Shown here: positions 18,910-28,605 of the stretch, one piece after another | Numbering within the stretch: the first letter of the stretch is position 1 | Layout of the letters: every line of letters starts with the position of its first letter | Source of the DNA: Alphaproteobacteria bacterium | Lineage (GTDB): Bacteria; Pseudomonadota; Alphaproteobacteria; Micavibrionales; UBA2020 | Length of the DNA: 64,000 nucleotides | Reading direction: 5' to 3' | Assembly (NCBI GenBank): GCA_035437825.1 | Contig: DAOMYX010000006.1 | Span: forward strand, 3,332-67,331 | Made by a program: the position numbers and the translations under genes | The notes under the pieces: model-generated | The model's database searches: none | Told to the model about the DNA's origin: nothing | The model's input: only the letters and a program-made list of their open reading frames with translations

Positions 18910-20310
18910 TTATTTGATTTTATGGGGCAGCGCCGTCGCCATTTCGGGAAAGACGGCCAGCAGAAAAAGCACCAGAATCTGAATCGCGATAAAGGGAATC
19001 GCCCCCTTGTAAATCGCCGCTGTCGGCACGCCTTTGGGCAAAACCCCGCGCAGGTAGAAAAGCGCGAAGCCGAACGGCGGGGTGAGGAAACTTGTTTGCA
19101 GGTTGATGGCAATCATGACGCCGAGCCACACAGGGTCGATACCCATCATCAAAAGCACCGGCCCCACAATCGGCACCACGATAAAAATGATTTCGATGAA
19201 ATCGAGGAAAAAACCCATCACGAACATGACCAGCATGACAACCAGCATCGCGCCGAATTTTCCGCCCGGCAGCGCGTGCAGCGCCTCTTTCACCAGCGCC
19301 TCCCCGCCCAGCCCGCGGAAGACCAGCGAAAAGACCGACGCGCCCAGCAAAATCATGAAAACCATGGCGGTAATCTTGGCGGTTTCGCGCATGGATGTTT
19401 GCAGGTTTGTTTTGCTCAGGCTACGGTTCAGCGCCGTCAGCACCAGCGCCCCCGCCGCACCGAAGGCCGCGGCCTCGGTCGGTGTCGCGATGCCGCTGAA
19501 TATCGCGCCCAGCACGGCAAAAATAAGAAAAGCCGGTGCCAGCAGCGACGTCGCCACCTTTTTGCCCAGCGACACCCCCGCCGCCAGCGGCGGCAGCGCA
19601 GGCGCACGCAGCGGATGCCGCCACGCGATGAACGCAACCCAGCACATATAAAGCACGACCAGCACCAAACCGGGCAACAGCGCGCCCGCGAAAAGGTCGG
19701 TCACCGACATCGAATCCGGCGCCCAGTTGCCCATGTCCATTTGCGCCTGCGTATAGGCGCCCTGCAAAATATCGCCCAGCAGGATAAGCACGATGGACGG
19801 GGGAATAATCTGCCCCAGCGTCCCCGCCGCGCAAATCGTGCCGCAGGCGAGTTTCTGGTCATACCCCGCCTTCATCATCGCAGGGAAGCTGAGCAGCCCC
19901 ATCGTCACCACCGTCGCGCCGACAACGCCCGTCGATGCGGCCAGCAGCATACCCACAAACACCACCGCCAGCGCAAGGCCCCCGCGCAGCCGGCCAAAAC
20001 AAAGCCCGATGGTTTCCAAAAGGTTTTCGGCTATGCGCGATTTTTCTAAAACCACGCCCATAAAAATAAACAGCGGCACGGCGACCAGCAGCTCGTTCAT
20101 CATCACGCCGAAATAGCGGGAGAACAAAGCCCCCAGCAGCGCCCCCTTGAACACGCCGCAGGCGATGCCGATACCGGCGAACAAAAGCGCGCTGCCCCCC
20201 AGCGTGAAGGCGACGGGAAAGCCGAACATCAAGGCCGCGCAGACAAAGGCGAACATCAGGACGCTGAGACATTCGCCCAGAAAAACGGGGTCAATGACAT
20301 CAAGCATCAC
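18910..20310 (-). CDS. TRAP transporter large permease (DctM family)
   Basis: 466 aa, highly hydrophobic, about 12 TM, with typical DctM sequence. Confidence 0.9.
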   Translation of the reverse strand: MMLDVIDPVFLGECLSVLMFAFVCAALMFGFPVAFTLGGSALLFAGIGIACGVFKGALLGALFSRYFGVMMNELLVAVPLFIFMGVVLEKSRIAENLLETIGLCFGRLRGGLALAVVFVGMLLAASTGVVGATVVTMGLLSFPAMMKAGYDQKLACGTICAAGTLGQIIPPSIVLILLGDILQGAYTQAQMDMGNWAPDSMSVTDLFAGALLPGLVLVVLYMCWVAFIAWRHPLRAPALPPLAAGVSLGKKVATSLLAPAFLIFAVLGAIFSGIATPTEAAAFGAAGALVLTALNRSLSKTNLQTSMRETAKITAMVFMILLGASVFSLVFRGLGGEALVKEALHALPGGKFGAMLVVMLVMFVMGFFLDFIEIIFIVVPIVGPVLLMMGIDPVWLGVMIAINLQTSFLTPPFGFALFYLRGVLPKGVPTAAIYKGAIPFIAIQILVLFLLAVFPEMATALPHKIK

Positions 20311-20833
20311 TATCGCCCTTCAGCATTTTCCATGCCTTTGCGGCGAGAGACAAACCCTGCAAACCGAGCAAAATGCAAAAAACAGGAATAAGCGTTTTCA
20401 TCACATAAACGCCGGGCAGCCCGCCCGCCTGAAAAGAGCTTTCGCGCTTTTGCCAGCTTTCGGCCACATACGGCAGGCTGACATAAAAAATCACCGCCAC
20501 CATCGGCAGCAAAAACAGAAATACCCCCGCGATATCGACCATCGCGCGGCGGCGCGGCGGCATGCGACTGTAAAAAACATCCACCCGCACATGCGCATCA
20601 TGCCGGAGCGCGTATGACGCACCCAGCATCATCAGCGCGCCATGCATCCACAGGTAGCTTTCCTGCATCCAGACAAAACCGATGCTGAACACATAACGCA
20701 AAAGCGCAACGGCGACCGCCGTGATGACCATAAACAAAAGCAGCCACGAAACCGTGCGGCCGATAAAATCACTGAGCGCATCGACAGCCGCGATGAACTT
20801 GTCCATCAGGCACGGTGCGCATGGGGGTGTCAT
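20300..20833 (-). CDS. TRAP transporter small permease (DctQ family)
   Basis: 177 aa with 4 TM, overlapping the dctM start. The true start may be ATG 20803 (MDKFIAAV). Confidence 0.8.
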   Translation of the reverse strand: MTPPCAPCLMDKFIAAVDALSDFIGRTVSWLLLFMVITAVAVALLRYVFSIGFVWMQESYLWMHGALMMLGASYALRHDAHVRVDVFYSRMPPRRRAMVDIAGVFLFLLPMVAVIFYVSLPYVAESWQKRESSFQAGGLPGVYVMKTLIPVFCILLGLQGLSLAAKAWKMLKGDSDA

Positions 20834-23115
20834 TTTCCGCTGAATTTATTCGCGCGCGGGAAACCGTTGGGCGGCAGGACGCCCGCTTGCGCGCGCTCGC
20901 CGCGCCACGCTTTGAGGTTCATCTCCACACGCTCTTTGCCCGCGCTGTACCACGTCAGGCCGTCTTTGAGGCGGAAGGTTTTGGCATCGCTGAGCCCGCC
21001 GTCTTTGTGACGCTGCAAAATAACGCCGACGCCCTTGGTCATTTCCGGCACCTGGTCGAGCGGGAAGACCAGCAGTTTGCGGTTCTGGCCAATCGTTGCC
21101 ACCTGGTCGTGGTTGGGCTCGACGGCGAAGCAGACGCGCGCCTCCACCCCGCCTTTGACCATCAGGCATTGTTTGCCGTTTTTGGTTTGCGACAGGATTT
21201 CTTTTTCCGGCACCACGAAACCGCGGCCGTCATCGGCGGCGACCAGCAGCTTGCGCGCCGGCTCGTGCTTCATGATGGTGACGATGTCGGCTTCGTTCGA
21301 AAGGTCAATCATCAGCCTGACCGGCTCGCCAAAGCCGCGGCCGGAGGGCAGCTTGTCGCAGGCCAGCGTATAGAATTTGCCGTTGGTGCCGAACACAACC
21401 AGCTTGTCGGTGGTTTCGCACGGAATGGCAAATTTGAAACCGTCGCCGTCTTTATAACTGATAGCGTCGATTTTCTCCTGCTCCAGATGCCCCTTCATCG
21501 CGCGTATCCATCCCTTGTCGGAGCAGATAACGGTGATGGGCTCTTTCTCGATAAACGCTTCGACCGGCACGTCGATATCCACCGGCGCCTTGCCCGCCTG
21601 TGTGCGCCGTTTGCCAAGCGGCGTATTGGCGGCGAAAGCTTCGCGGATGCGCGCGACCTGCGCGCTGATGGCTTTCATTTGCAGCTTGTGGCTGGCAATA
21701 AGTTTTTCCAGCTCCGCCTTCTCCGCGCGCAGTTCCTTGTCTTCGCGGCGGATTTCGATTTCTTCCAGCTTGCGCAGGGAGCGCAGGCGCATGTTGAGGA
21801 TAGCCTCGACCTGCACATCGCTCAGCTTGAAGCGCTTCATCATGACCGCTTTGGGGTCGTCTTCCTCGCGGATGATTTTGATGACTTCGTCGATGTTCAG
21901 GTACGCAACCAGCAACCCGCCCAGCACTTCGAGGCGGTGGTCGATTTGCGTCAGGCGGTGGCGCGAGCGGCGCAGCAGCACGTCCTGACGGTGGTCGATG
22001 AAGGCCTGCAGAACCTCTTTCAGGTTCATCACGCGCGGCGTCAGGCCGCGGTCGAGCACGTTCATGTTCAGCGAAAAACGTGTTTCAAGGTCGGTATTTT
22101 TGTAAAGCTGCGCCATCAGCAGTTCAGCCTCGATGGTTTTATTCTTCGGCGTCAGCACGATGCGCACATCTTCGGCAGATTCGTCCGTGATGTCGTCGAG
22201 GAACGGCAGCTTTTTGTTTACAATCAGCTCGGCAATCTTCTCGATAAGGCGCGATTTGACGACCTGATAGGGAATTTCGGTGATAACGATTTGCCAGCCG
22301 TCGCCTTTTTTCGGCTCTTCCTTGTGCCAGACCGCGCGCACGCGCAGCGAACCGCGGCCGGTTTCATACGCCTGACGGATGACGGCCTTGTCTTCGGCCA
22401 GAATGCCGCCCGTCGGAAAATCCGGCCCCTTGACGAATTTCAGCAGGTCTTTGACTTCGCATTCCTTGTTCTCGATAAGAAGGTCGAGCGCGTCGCAAAG
22501 CTCCGCCACGTTATGCGGCGGGATGTTGGTCGCCATACCGACCGCGATACCGGAAGAGCCGTTCGCCAGCAGGTTGGGGAAATTCGCGGGCATAACCACA
22601 GGTTCGACCGTTTCGCCGTCGTAGGTCGCGCGGAAGTCGACGGTATCCTGGTCGATGTCTTCCAAAAGCAGCTGGGCGACCTTGGTCAGGCGCGCTTCGG
22701 TATATCGCATCGCGGCGGCGTTATCGCCATCGATGTTGCCGAAGTTGCCCTGCCCGTCCACCAGCGGATAGCGCACGGCAAAATCCTGCGCCAGACGCAC
22801 CATGGCATCATAAATGGAGCTGTCGCCATGCGGGTGATATTTACCGATGACGTCACCCACAATACGCGCCGATTTTTTGGGCGGCGTTTCAGGCTTCAGG
22901 TTCAATTGATACATGGCATAGAGCACACGGCGATGCACAGGCTTCAGCCCGTCGCGCACGTCGGGCAGCGAGCGCGACATGATGGTCGAGAGCGCGTAGG
23001 AAAGATATTTCTCGCTCAGAATCTCGCCCAGCTCGCGGTTTTGGATATCCACCGCGACGACGGAATTGTCACCGCCTGATTTCTTGCTCGTTTTGCTATT
23101 GGTTTTCTTGGCCAT
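20830..23115 (-). CDS. parC: DNA topoisomerase IV subunit A
   Basis: [33 protein letters not shown] and AMRYTEARL (active-site Tyr region) are present. It has no long GyrA-type C-terminal extension. The start was re-picked at ATG 23115. Confidence 0.88.
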   Translation of the reverse strand: MAKKTNSKTSKKSGGDNSVVAVDIQNRELGEILSEKYLSYALSTIMSRSLPDVRDGLKPVHRRVLYAMYQLNLKPETPPKKSARIVGDVIGKYHPHGDSSIYDAMVRLAQDFAVRYPLVDGQGNFGNIDGDNAAAMRYTEARLTKVAQLLLEDIDQDTVDFRATYDGETVEPVVMPANFPNLLANGSSGIAVGMATNIPPHNVAELCDALDLLIENKECEVKDLLKFVKGPDFPTGGILAEDKAVIRQAYETGRGSLRVRAVWHKEEPKKGDGWQIVITEIPYQVVKSRLIEKIAELIVNKKLPFLDDITDESAEDVRIVLTPKNKTIEAELLMAQLYKNTDLETRFSLNMNVLDRGLTPRVMNLKEVLQAFIDHRQDVLLRRSRHRLTQIDHRLEVLGGLLVAYLNIDEVIKIIREEDDPKAVMMKRFKLSDVQVEAILNMRLRSLRKLEEIEIRREDKELRAEKAELEKLIASHKLQMKAISAQVARIREAFAANTPLGKRRTQAGKAPVDIDVPVEAFIEKEPITVICSDKGWIRAMKGHLEQEKIDAISYKDGDGFKFAIPCETTDKLVVFGTNGKFYTLACDKLPSGRGFGEPVRLMIDLSNEADIVTIMKHEPARKLLVAADDGRGFVVPEKEILSQTKNGKQCLMVKGGVEARVCFAVEPNHDQVATIGQNRKLLVFPLDQVPEMTKGVGVILQRHKDGGLSDAKTFRLKDGLTWYSAGKERVEMNLKAWRGERAQAGVLPPNGFPRANKFSGK

Positions 23116-23168
23116 AGCGGCGTTTTTAGCGCAAATTCGCCCCCAAAACAACCCGTAAAGGCAGGATT

Positions 23169-23918
23169 TCAGACGTCCGCTTCCGGCTCCGTCACGCCGA
23201 TTTTACGGGAAAAGCGGGCCTCCAGCCGCAGCCGCGCCTCCGGCACGTTGGTATTGGCCAGCGAAAAAACGCGGTGCAGCAGGAAATGCCCCGTCAGGCG
23301 CAAACCGTCCAGCACGTCGGCATCTTCGAACCGCGCTTCGCCGCGCAAAAACGGCGGCAGGGCGAGCAACCGCTCTTTATAAGGCGCCCCCGCCGCCGCG
23401 CTGACGGCGCAGCCGGATTTGGGGCTGACGTAGAGAAGGTTATCCACAGCCCCCGTCGAGACGCATTTGGAAAGGTCGATGCCGAAGCCCAGTTCGCGCA
23501 GCAGCCCCAGCTCCCAGAAAATATAGCTCGGCCCCCACAAATCGCCGGAAAAACTATCCAGCAGCGCGGCCAGCCCCGCGAAGACCGCCGGATGTTTTTC
23601 CCGCTCCGGCAGGCAGCGGTCGGCAATGGCGCAGGCGGATTGCAGCGCGGTCAAACGCTCCGCATCGTGCATGACTTCCGCGGCATGGCTTTTTTCCAGC
23701 TCCAGCGTGAAAGTGCCCAGCTGGCTTGACGCCTTCGCCTGCCAGCGCGCGTTCACGACATTGCCGATATCAAGAACCCCGCGCGATTTGGCCGACGTCG
23801 CGCCATAGACATAGCCCATGGTACGGCCATAAGCCTCCGTCAGCAGCGAAACGACCGCACCGTTTTCGCCGTGCGGGCGAAGCGAAAGGATGATGCCGGT
23901 CTCGCGCCACTCAAGCAT
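23169..23918 (-). CDS. recO: DNA repair protein RecO
   Basis: 249 aa with an N-terminal OB-fold pattern ([24 protein letters not shown]) typical of RecO. Confidence 0.88.
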   Translation of the reverse strand: MLEWRETGIILSLRPHGENGAVVSLLTEAYGRTMGYVYGATSAKSRGVLDIGNVVNARWQAKASSQLGTFTLELEKSHAAEVMHDAERLTALQSACAIADRCLPEREKHPAVFAGLAALLDSFSGDLWGPSYIFWELGLLRELGFGIDLSKCVSTGAVDNLLYVSPKSGCAVSAAAGAPYKERLLALPPFLRGEARFEDADVLDGLRLTGHFLLHRVFSLANTNVPEARLRLEARFSRKIGVTEPEADV

Positions 23919-23921
23919 CGG

Positions 23922-25241
23922 TTATGCCGCAGCCCTTTGCCCTTCGCCGACGGCGGCGTCAATAACGCCCGCGACGTGTTTGGTATAGCGGCTGTAATCG
24001 AACACTTTATCAAGCCCTTCGGCGCCGAGTGTTTTTATCACCGCCGCATCGCCCGCAAGGCGCGTTTTGAAATCGGGGCCGTCCAGATTGTCCCAGACCG
24101 CCATGGCTTGCGCTTGCACGGTTTTATAGGCGTCTTCACGGCTCATGCCGCCATCGACCAGCGCCAGCAGCGCCGCCTGCGAAAACACGAGGCCCTTGAG
24201 GCTTTCCATGTTGCGTTTCATGCGCTCGGGATAGACCAGCAGGTTTTCAATCACGCCCGCAAGGCGGTTCAATGCAAAATCCGTCACAATCGTCGCATCG
24301 GGCGCAATCACACGCTCCACCGCCGAATGCGAAATATCACGTTCATGCCACAGCGCGACGTTTTCAAGCGCCGGCGTGACCGACGCGCGTATCAGGCGCG
24401 CAAGACCCGTCAGGTTCTCGGTCAGGACAGGGTTGCGCTTGTGCGGCATGGCGGAGGAGCCTTTTTGCCCCGCGCTGAAAAATTCTTCCGCCTCGCGCAC
24501 TTCGGTGCGCTGCAAATGGCGGATTTCGGTGGCGAGGTTTTCAATGCTGCTGGCAATCACGCCCAGAACGGAAAAGAACATCGCATGGCGGTCGCGCGGA
24601 ATAACCTGCGTCGAGACGGGCTCTTCGCGCATGCCGAGTTTTTTGGCGACAAAGGCCTGCACGCGCGGGTCGATGGTAGCGAAGGTACCGACCGCGCCGG
24701 AAATAGCCACCGTCGAAATTTCATCGCGCGCCTGCTCCATGCGGCGGCGGGCACGCAAAAAAGCGGTATAGTGACCAGCGAGTTTGAGGCCGAAAGTCGT
24801 CGGCTCCCCATGGATGCCGTGGCTGCGCCCGACGCAAAGCGTGTTTTTATGCTCAAGCGCCCGGCGGCGCAGCGCCGCCAGCACGCGGTCAAGACCCGCC
24901 AAAATCATGTCCGACGCCTGCCGCAGTTGCAGCGCGAAGGCCGTATCCAAAACGTCCGACGACGTCATGCCCAGATGGATATGCCGCGCATCCTCGCCCA
25001 CATATTCGCCCACGTTGGTCAAAAACGCGATGACGTCGTGTTTCACTTCCCGCTCGATGGCGTCGATGCGGTCTGCATTGAAGCCCGCCTTCGCGCGGAT
25101 TTTCTCGGTCACGCCCGCAGGAATAACACCAAGGCTTTCCTGCGCTTCGCAGGCGACCAGCTCGACCTCCAGCCACGTCCTGTATTTGTTTTCCTGCGTC
25201 CAGATGGCGGACATGTCGGGGCGTGAAAAACGGGGTATCAT
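23922..25241 (-). CDS. purB: adenylosuccinate lyase
   Basis: 439 aa. MIPRFSRPDMSAIW and the signature GSSAMPHKRNP are present. Confidence 0.95.
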   Translation of the reverse strand: MIPRFSRPDMSAIWTQENKYRTWLEVELVACEAQESLGVIPAGVTEKIRAKAGFNADRIDAIEREVKHDVIAFLTNVGEYVGEDARHIHLGMTSSDVLDTAFALQLRQASDMILAGLDRVLAALRRRALEHKNTLCVGRSHGIHGEPTTFGLKLAGHYTAFLRARRRMEQARDEISTVAISGAVGTFATIDPRVQAFVAKKLGMREEPVSTQVIPRDRHAMFFSVLGVIASSIENLATEIRHLQRTEVREAEEFFSAGQKGSSAMPHKRNPVLTENLTGLARLIRASVTPALENVALWHERDISHSAVERVIAPDATIVTDFALNRLAGVIENLLVYPERMKRNMESLKGLVFSQAALLALVDGGMSREDAYKTVQAQAMAVWDNLDGPDFKTRLAGDAAVIKTLGAEGLDKVFDYSRYTKHVAGVIDAAVGEGQRAAA

Positions 25242-26584
25242 GCGGGAATGTTTCCTTGTGCCAGCTGTTTAAGGGTGATTTTACCAAGGGCGGCCGCGCG
25301 CAGCGCCTCGCCGCGTTTCAAAACATCATCCACGCTTTGCATTGCGCGGATATGGCGCAGGCTGCGCGCGCTGAAGGCGTCGCGGGCGCGCAGCGCTTCC
25401 ATCATCTGCTGTACCGACGTTTCATCAAACGGACGCCCCGGCAAATATTCCGGACGCCGGCCGACGGTCAGTGCCAAAATCCCGCTTTCGACCAGGGAGG
25501 AGAGAATATCCTCAATCACCGCAGACGGCACGCGCAGCCGCGCGGCAAGGCGGGCAAGGCCGATGCCTTTTTGTTCGGCATAAAAAGTTTCGCCGATGAC
25601 GGCGCAGATTTGCAGGGCGACTTTTTCGCGCAAATGCGGGCTGACGCGCATATCACGGCGCGACAGCGGCTGGTTCGACGGGTATTGGATGTAATAACAC
25701 ATCGCCGCACCGACCAAAACCACCAGCCAGCCGACGTAAATCCATATCATGAACAAAATCAGCGCGGCAAACGCCGAATAAATCGCCGCATAGCTGGCCG
25801 AGCCCGCGACGAAAACGCCAAACATCTGGCCGAGCACTTTCCAAAGAACGCCCGTAATAAACCCCGCCGTTACCGCCGGCACAAAACGCACGCGCGTATT
25901 GGGCATGAACATATAAAGCGCGGTAAAAGCAACGCCGAACAGGGCGTAGGGCACAATCTGAAACAGCCCGCCGAACAGCATGTCGATGATTTCGGGCGGC
26001 AGGCGCAGACCGTCTTGCAGCCAGATGCGCGTTGTGGCGGCGTGCTGCATGGTCGTGGTCATAGCGACCGACAGAAACAGCAGCAGCGGGCCGATGAAAA
26101 GAACACCCAGATAATCGCGCACGCGCTGCGCAAAGCTGCGCGTTTCGCTGACGTGCCAGATGTCGTTGAAGGCGGTTTCGATTTTGTGCATCAGCGCAAT
26201 CACGCTGTAGATAAGCAGCGCCATACCCACCGCGCCCAGAACGCCGACCTGAATATTATCGACGAAGGTGACGATGCGCGCGGCGATGTCTTGCCCCTGC
26301 TCGCCCAGCGGTTCCAGAAAATCCTGCAAAAAAGGTTCGATACGGTTATGCGCGCCGATACCTTTTAAAACGGAAAAGCTGATAGCCAGCACGGGGGCGA
26401 AAGACAGCAGCGTGGTATAGACAAGACTGGTCGCGCGCAGCCCCAGATACCCCTCTTTCAAATCACGCCCGACCGCCAGAACAAGACGCAGCGCCAGCAG
26501 CGGCGCGCGGATGAAAAGCGGGCGCTCCTGCACGCCCGCCCCCCATATCCATTCGCCAAGGCTATCGATGCTGCGGCGTATCAC
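25238..26584 (-). CDS. YihY/BrkB-family inner membrane protein with C-terminal soluble (wHTH-like) extension
   Basis: 448 aa. The N-terminal ~300 aa form the polytopic YihY pattern. The C-terminal ~140 aa are soluble. Confidence 0.8.
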   Translation of the reverse strand: MIRRSIDSLGEWIWGAGVQERPLFIRAPLLALRLVLAVGRDLKEGYLGLRATSLVYTTLLSFAPVLAISFSVLKGIGAHNRIEPFLQDFLEPLGEQGQDIAARIVTFVDNIQVGVLGAVGMALLIYSVIALMHKIETAFNDIWHVSETRSFAQRVRDYLGVLFIGPLLLFLSVAMTTTMQHAATTRIWLQDGLRLPPEIIDMLFGGLFQIVPYALFGVAFTALYMFMPNTRVRFVPAVTAGFITGVLWKVLGQMFGVFVAGSASYAAIYSAFAALILFMIWIYVGWLVVLVGAAMCYYIQYPSNQPLSRRDMRVSPHLREKVALQICAVIGETFYAEQKGIGLARLAARLRVPSAVIEDILSSLVESGILALTVGRRPEYLPGRPFDETSVQQMMEALRARDAFSARSLRHIRAMQSVDDVLKRGEALRAAALGKITLKQLAQGNIPA

Positions 26585-28605
26585 GGTGCCGTGCCGCCTT
26601 CAGCCGGGGCGGGTGCGGGCTGCTGGCCGCCAAAAAGGCCGCCGCCGCCCAGCAGGTTTTGTATCGCTGCGCCGGGGTCTTTTTTAAGGTCGCCTTTGAG
26701 GCTTTTCAGGTTCTGCTCCAGCGCCTTGCCCTGTTCCTTGATGGCTTCGGGGTTGCTGACCGCGTTTTGAATAACGGTTTTGAAATCGGGGCGCACGCGG
26801 ATGTTGCTGAAGGGGCCGGTAATATCCACCGGCACACCCACGCCCGACGCATTTTCGGCGCCCGACGATGCCGTCAGCACGGGGGTCACGCGGTACTTCA
26901 GGTATTTGCGCGGCAAATCGACCGTGCCGCTGCCGCCCGCCTGCACCAGGGGGCCGCGCATGCGGAAATCGTTGTTGGTGACGATGCCCGACGCGATGGT
27001 GAACGTGCCGCCAAGGTCCACGAATTCCGTTTTCCCCTCGCCCACGCCCGCATCTTGTAGCCCGCGCTGTATCATCTGCGCGATGTTCACAAAATCGATG
27101 CCAGTCAGCGCGCCGTTTTTAAACGTCACGTTGCCATTGCCGTTCAGGTTGGAAATGATTTCCTTCTGGCTCACGCCCTTCGACGTGACGCTGACATTGG
27201 CATCGGCCGCGCCGCTGAGTTTTTTGAAACCCGCGAATTTTTCCAAAACCGGCTGCGCCTGCACGTCTTTCATTTTGAAATTGAACGTCTGGTGCGCAGC
27301 CCCGCTGGCGGGGACGGCCAGCAGCATATCCGCGCTGAAAAGCCCGCCGAAAAGCGATGCCTCGGACGACGACGCCTTCAGCGCGCCGTTTTCCAGCTCG
27401 GCACGCAGGATGCTGGCGCCGACATCGACGCCCTTCACCGAGAAGCCCTGGGTTTTGAGCTGCACATCCGCATCCACGGCGCGCAGGCCGCTGAAATCGA
27501 TGGGGGTTGCATCCCAATCCGTCTGCCCGCCCGCCGAAGACGCCGCCGCGCCCGAAGACGCCGCCGCATCGCCGCCCATGAAACGGTCAAGGTCGATTTT
27601 GTTGACTTCCAGACGCGCATAAACTTCCGGACGCGCACTGGCATAACCTATGCGCAGCGCCCCCTTGGCCTCCACCTCGTCCAGCGTCAACACGGCGCCA
27701 TGCAGCGACAATGCCTGATTGCTGATATCCGCCTTGGAGCTGAAAGAAATTTTTTCAAACGGCAGCTTTTCTGCCGGCTTTTTCGTCAGCCACGCGACAA
27801 GACCGGAAAGCGAGGCAACATCCGCCGTCATGCGGTCGGCATTCAGATAAGTGCCGGAGGTTGCGAAATCACCTGCGATATCCGCCTTCGCGACATCGGT
27901 ATTGATAACCAGCGTACCTTTGGAGCGCTGGCCATCCATCAGCGCCTTGGGCTTTTCCACGCTCATGACCAGCTGCACGCGCTTGCCGAGGTAGTCGAGC
28001 GCGCCGTCCATCTGGAATGCACTGTCGATATCCGGAAACGATACGGCGATATTGATGTTGTCCACCTGCGTCAGCGCGTTTTTCTGACGGTCGTTGAGCG
28101 TCAGGCGACCTTTGTTGATTTCAAATTTGTCGAGACTGAAAGAGCCCATGGCATCGGCAGACGCCGCGCTGTCGTCCGCACTTTTTGCCGCGGCTTCTTT
28201 TTTCTTGGACGCTTCGAAATCCCAGCTGCGCTCGCCCTTGGGGGAGATTTCAAGATTGATTTGCGGCTCGTTCATCACGAAACGCACGACCTCGAGGCGT
28301 TTTTGAAACAGCGGGCGCAGCGCGACATGCACATCCATCTCGCCCAGACGCACCATGGTTTTTTCAGATGCCCAATCGGGGTTTGAAAAAGCAACGTCGG
28401 TCAGGGTCACGCCGATATGCGGCCAGAAAATAACCTTCGTACCGCCGATGGAAAGGTCGCGTCCGGTTTGTTCTTTCACCGCCGTGCGCGCTTTTTCTTG
28501 AATGTAATCCATGGGCGCGAAAGTGGCGAGGGCGTAAAGCCCGCCGCCCAGCAGCAAAACAAGAACAACGGCAATCACCGCGAGCTTTTTGACGAATTTT
28601 TTCAT
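26581..28605 (-). CDS. AsmA-family protein
   Basis: 674 aa. It has an N-terminal anchor (KKLAVIAVVLVLLLGGGLYALA) and a long repetitive beta-rich body typical of AsmA. Confidence 0.8.
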   Translation of the reverse strand: MKKFVKKLAVIAVVLVLLLGGGLYALATFAPMDYIQEKARTAVKEQTGRDLSIGGTKVIFWPHIGVTLTDVAFSNPDWASEKTMVRLGEMDVHVALRPLFQKRLEVVRFVMNEPQINLEISPKGERSWDFEASKKKEAAAKSADDSAASADAMGSFSLDKFEINKGRLTLNDRQKNALTQVDNINIAVSFPDIDSAFQMDGALDYLGKRVQLVMSVEKPKALMDGQRSKGTLVINTDVAKADIAGDFATSGTYLNADRMTADVASLSGLVAWLTKKPAEKLPFEKISFSSKADISNQALSLHGAVLTLDEVEAKGALRIGYASARPEVYARLEVNKIDLDRFMGGDAAASSGAAASSAGGQTDWDATPIDFSGLRAVDADVQLKTQGFSVKGVDVGASILRAELENGALKASSSEASLFGGLFSADMLLAVPASGAAHQTFNFKMKDVQAQPVLEKFAGFKKLSGAADANVSVTSKGVSQKEIISNLNGNGNVTFKNGALTGIDFVNIAQMIQRGLQDAGVGEGKTEFVDLGGTFTIASGIVTNNDFRMRGPLVQAGGSGTVDLPRKYLKYRVTPVLTASSGAENASGVGVPVDITGPFSNIRVRPDFKTVIQNAVSNPEAIKEQGKALEQNLKSLKGDLKKDPGAAIQNLLGGGGLFGGQQPAPAPAEGGTAP

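Noticed and set aside
20815-23079. Very long ORFs antisense to well-supported genes. Examples: 20815..23079 (+) opposite parC, 8221..9483 (-) opposite hemB, 14091..15743 (-) opposite motAB, 28638..30563 (+) opposite the acyl-CoA dehydrogenase, 33896..35845 (+) opposite the vWA gene, 51911..53683 (+) opposite rhlE, 60091..61614 (+) opposite the CBS gene, and 16796..18013 (-) opposite the TRAP binding protein.
   Set aside because: Their translations are Arg/Ala/Gly/His-rich low-complexity strings with no recognisable motifs. Each mirrors a gene with strong family signatures. Stop-codon depletion on the antisense strand is expected in GC-rich DNA.
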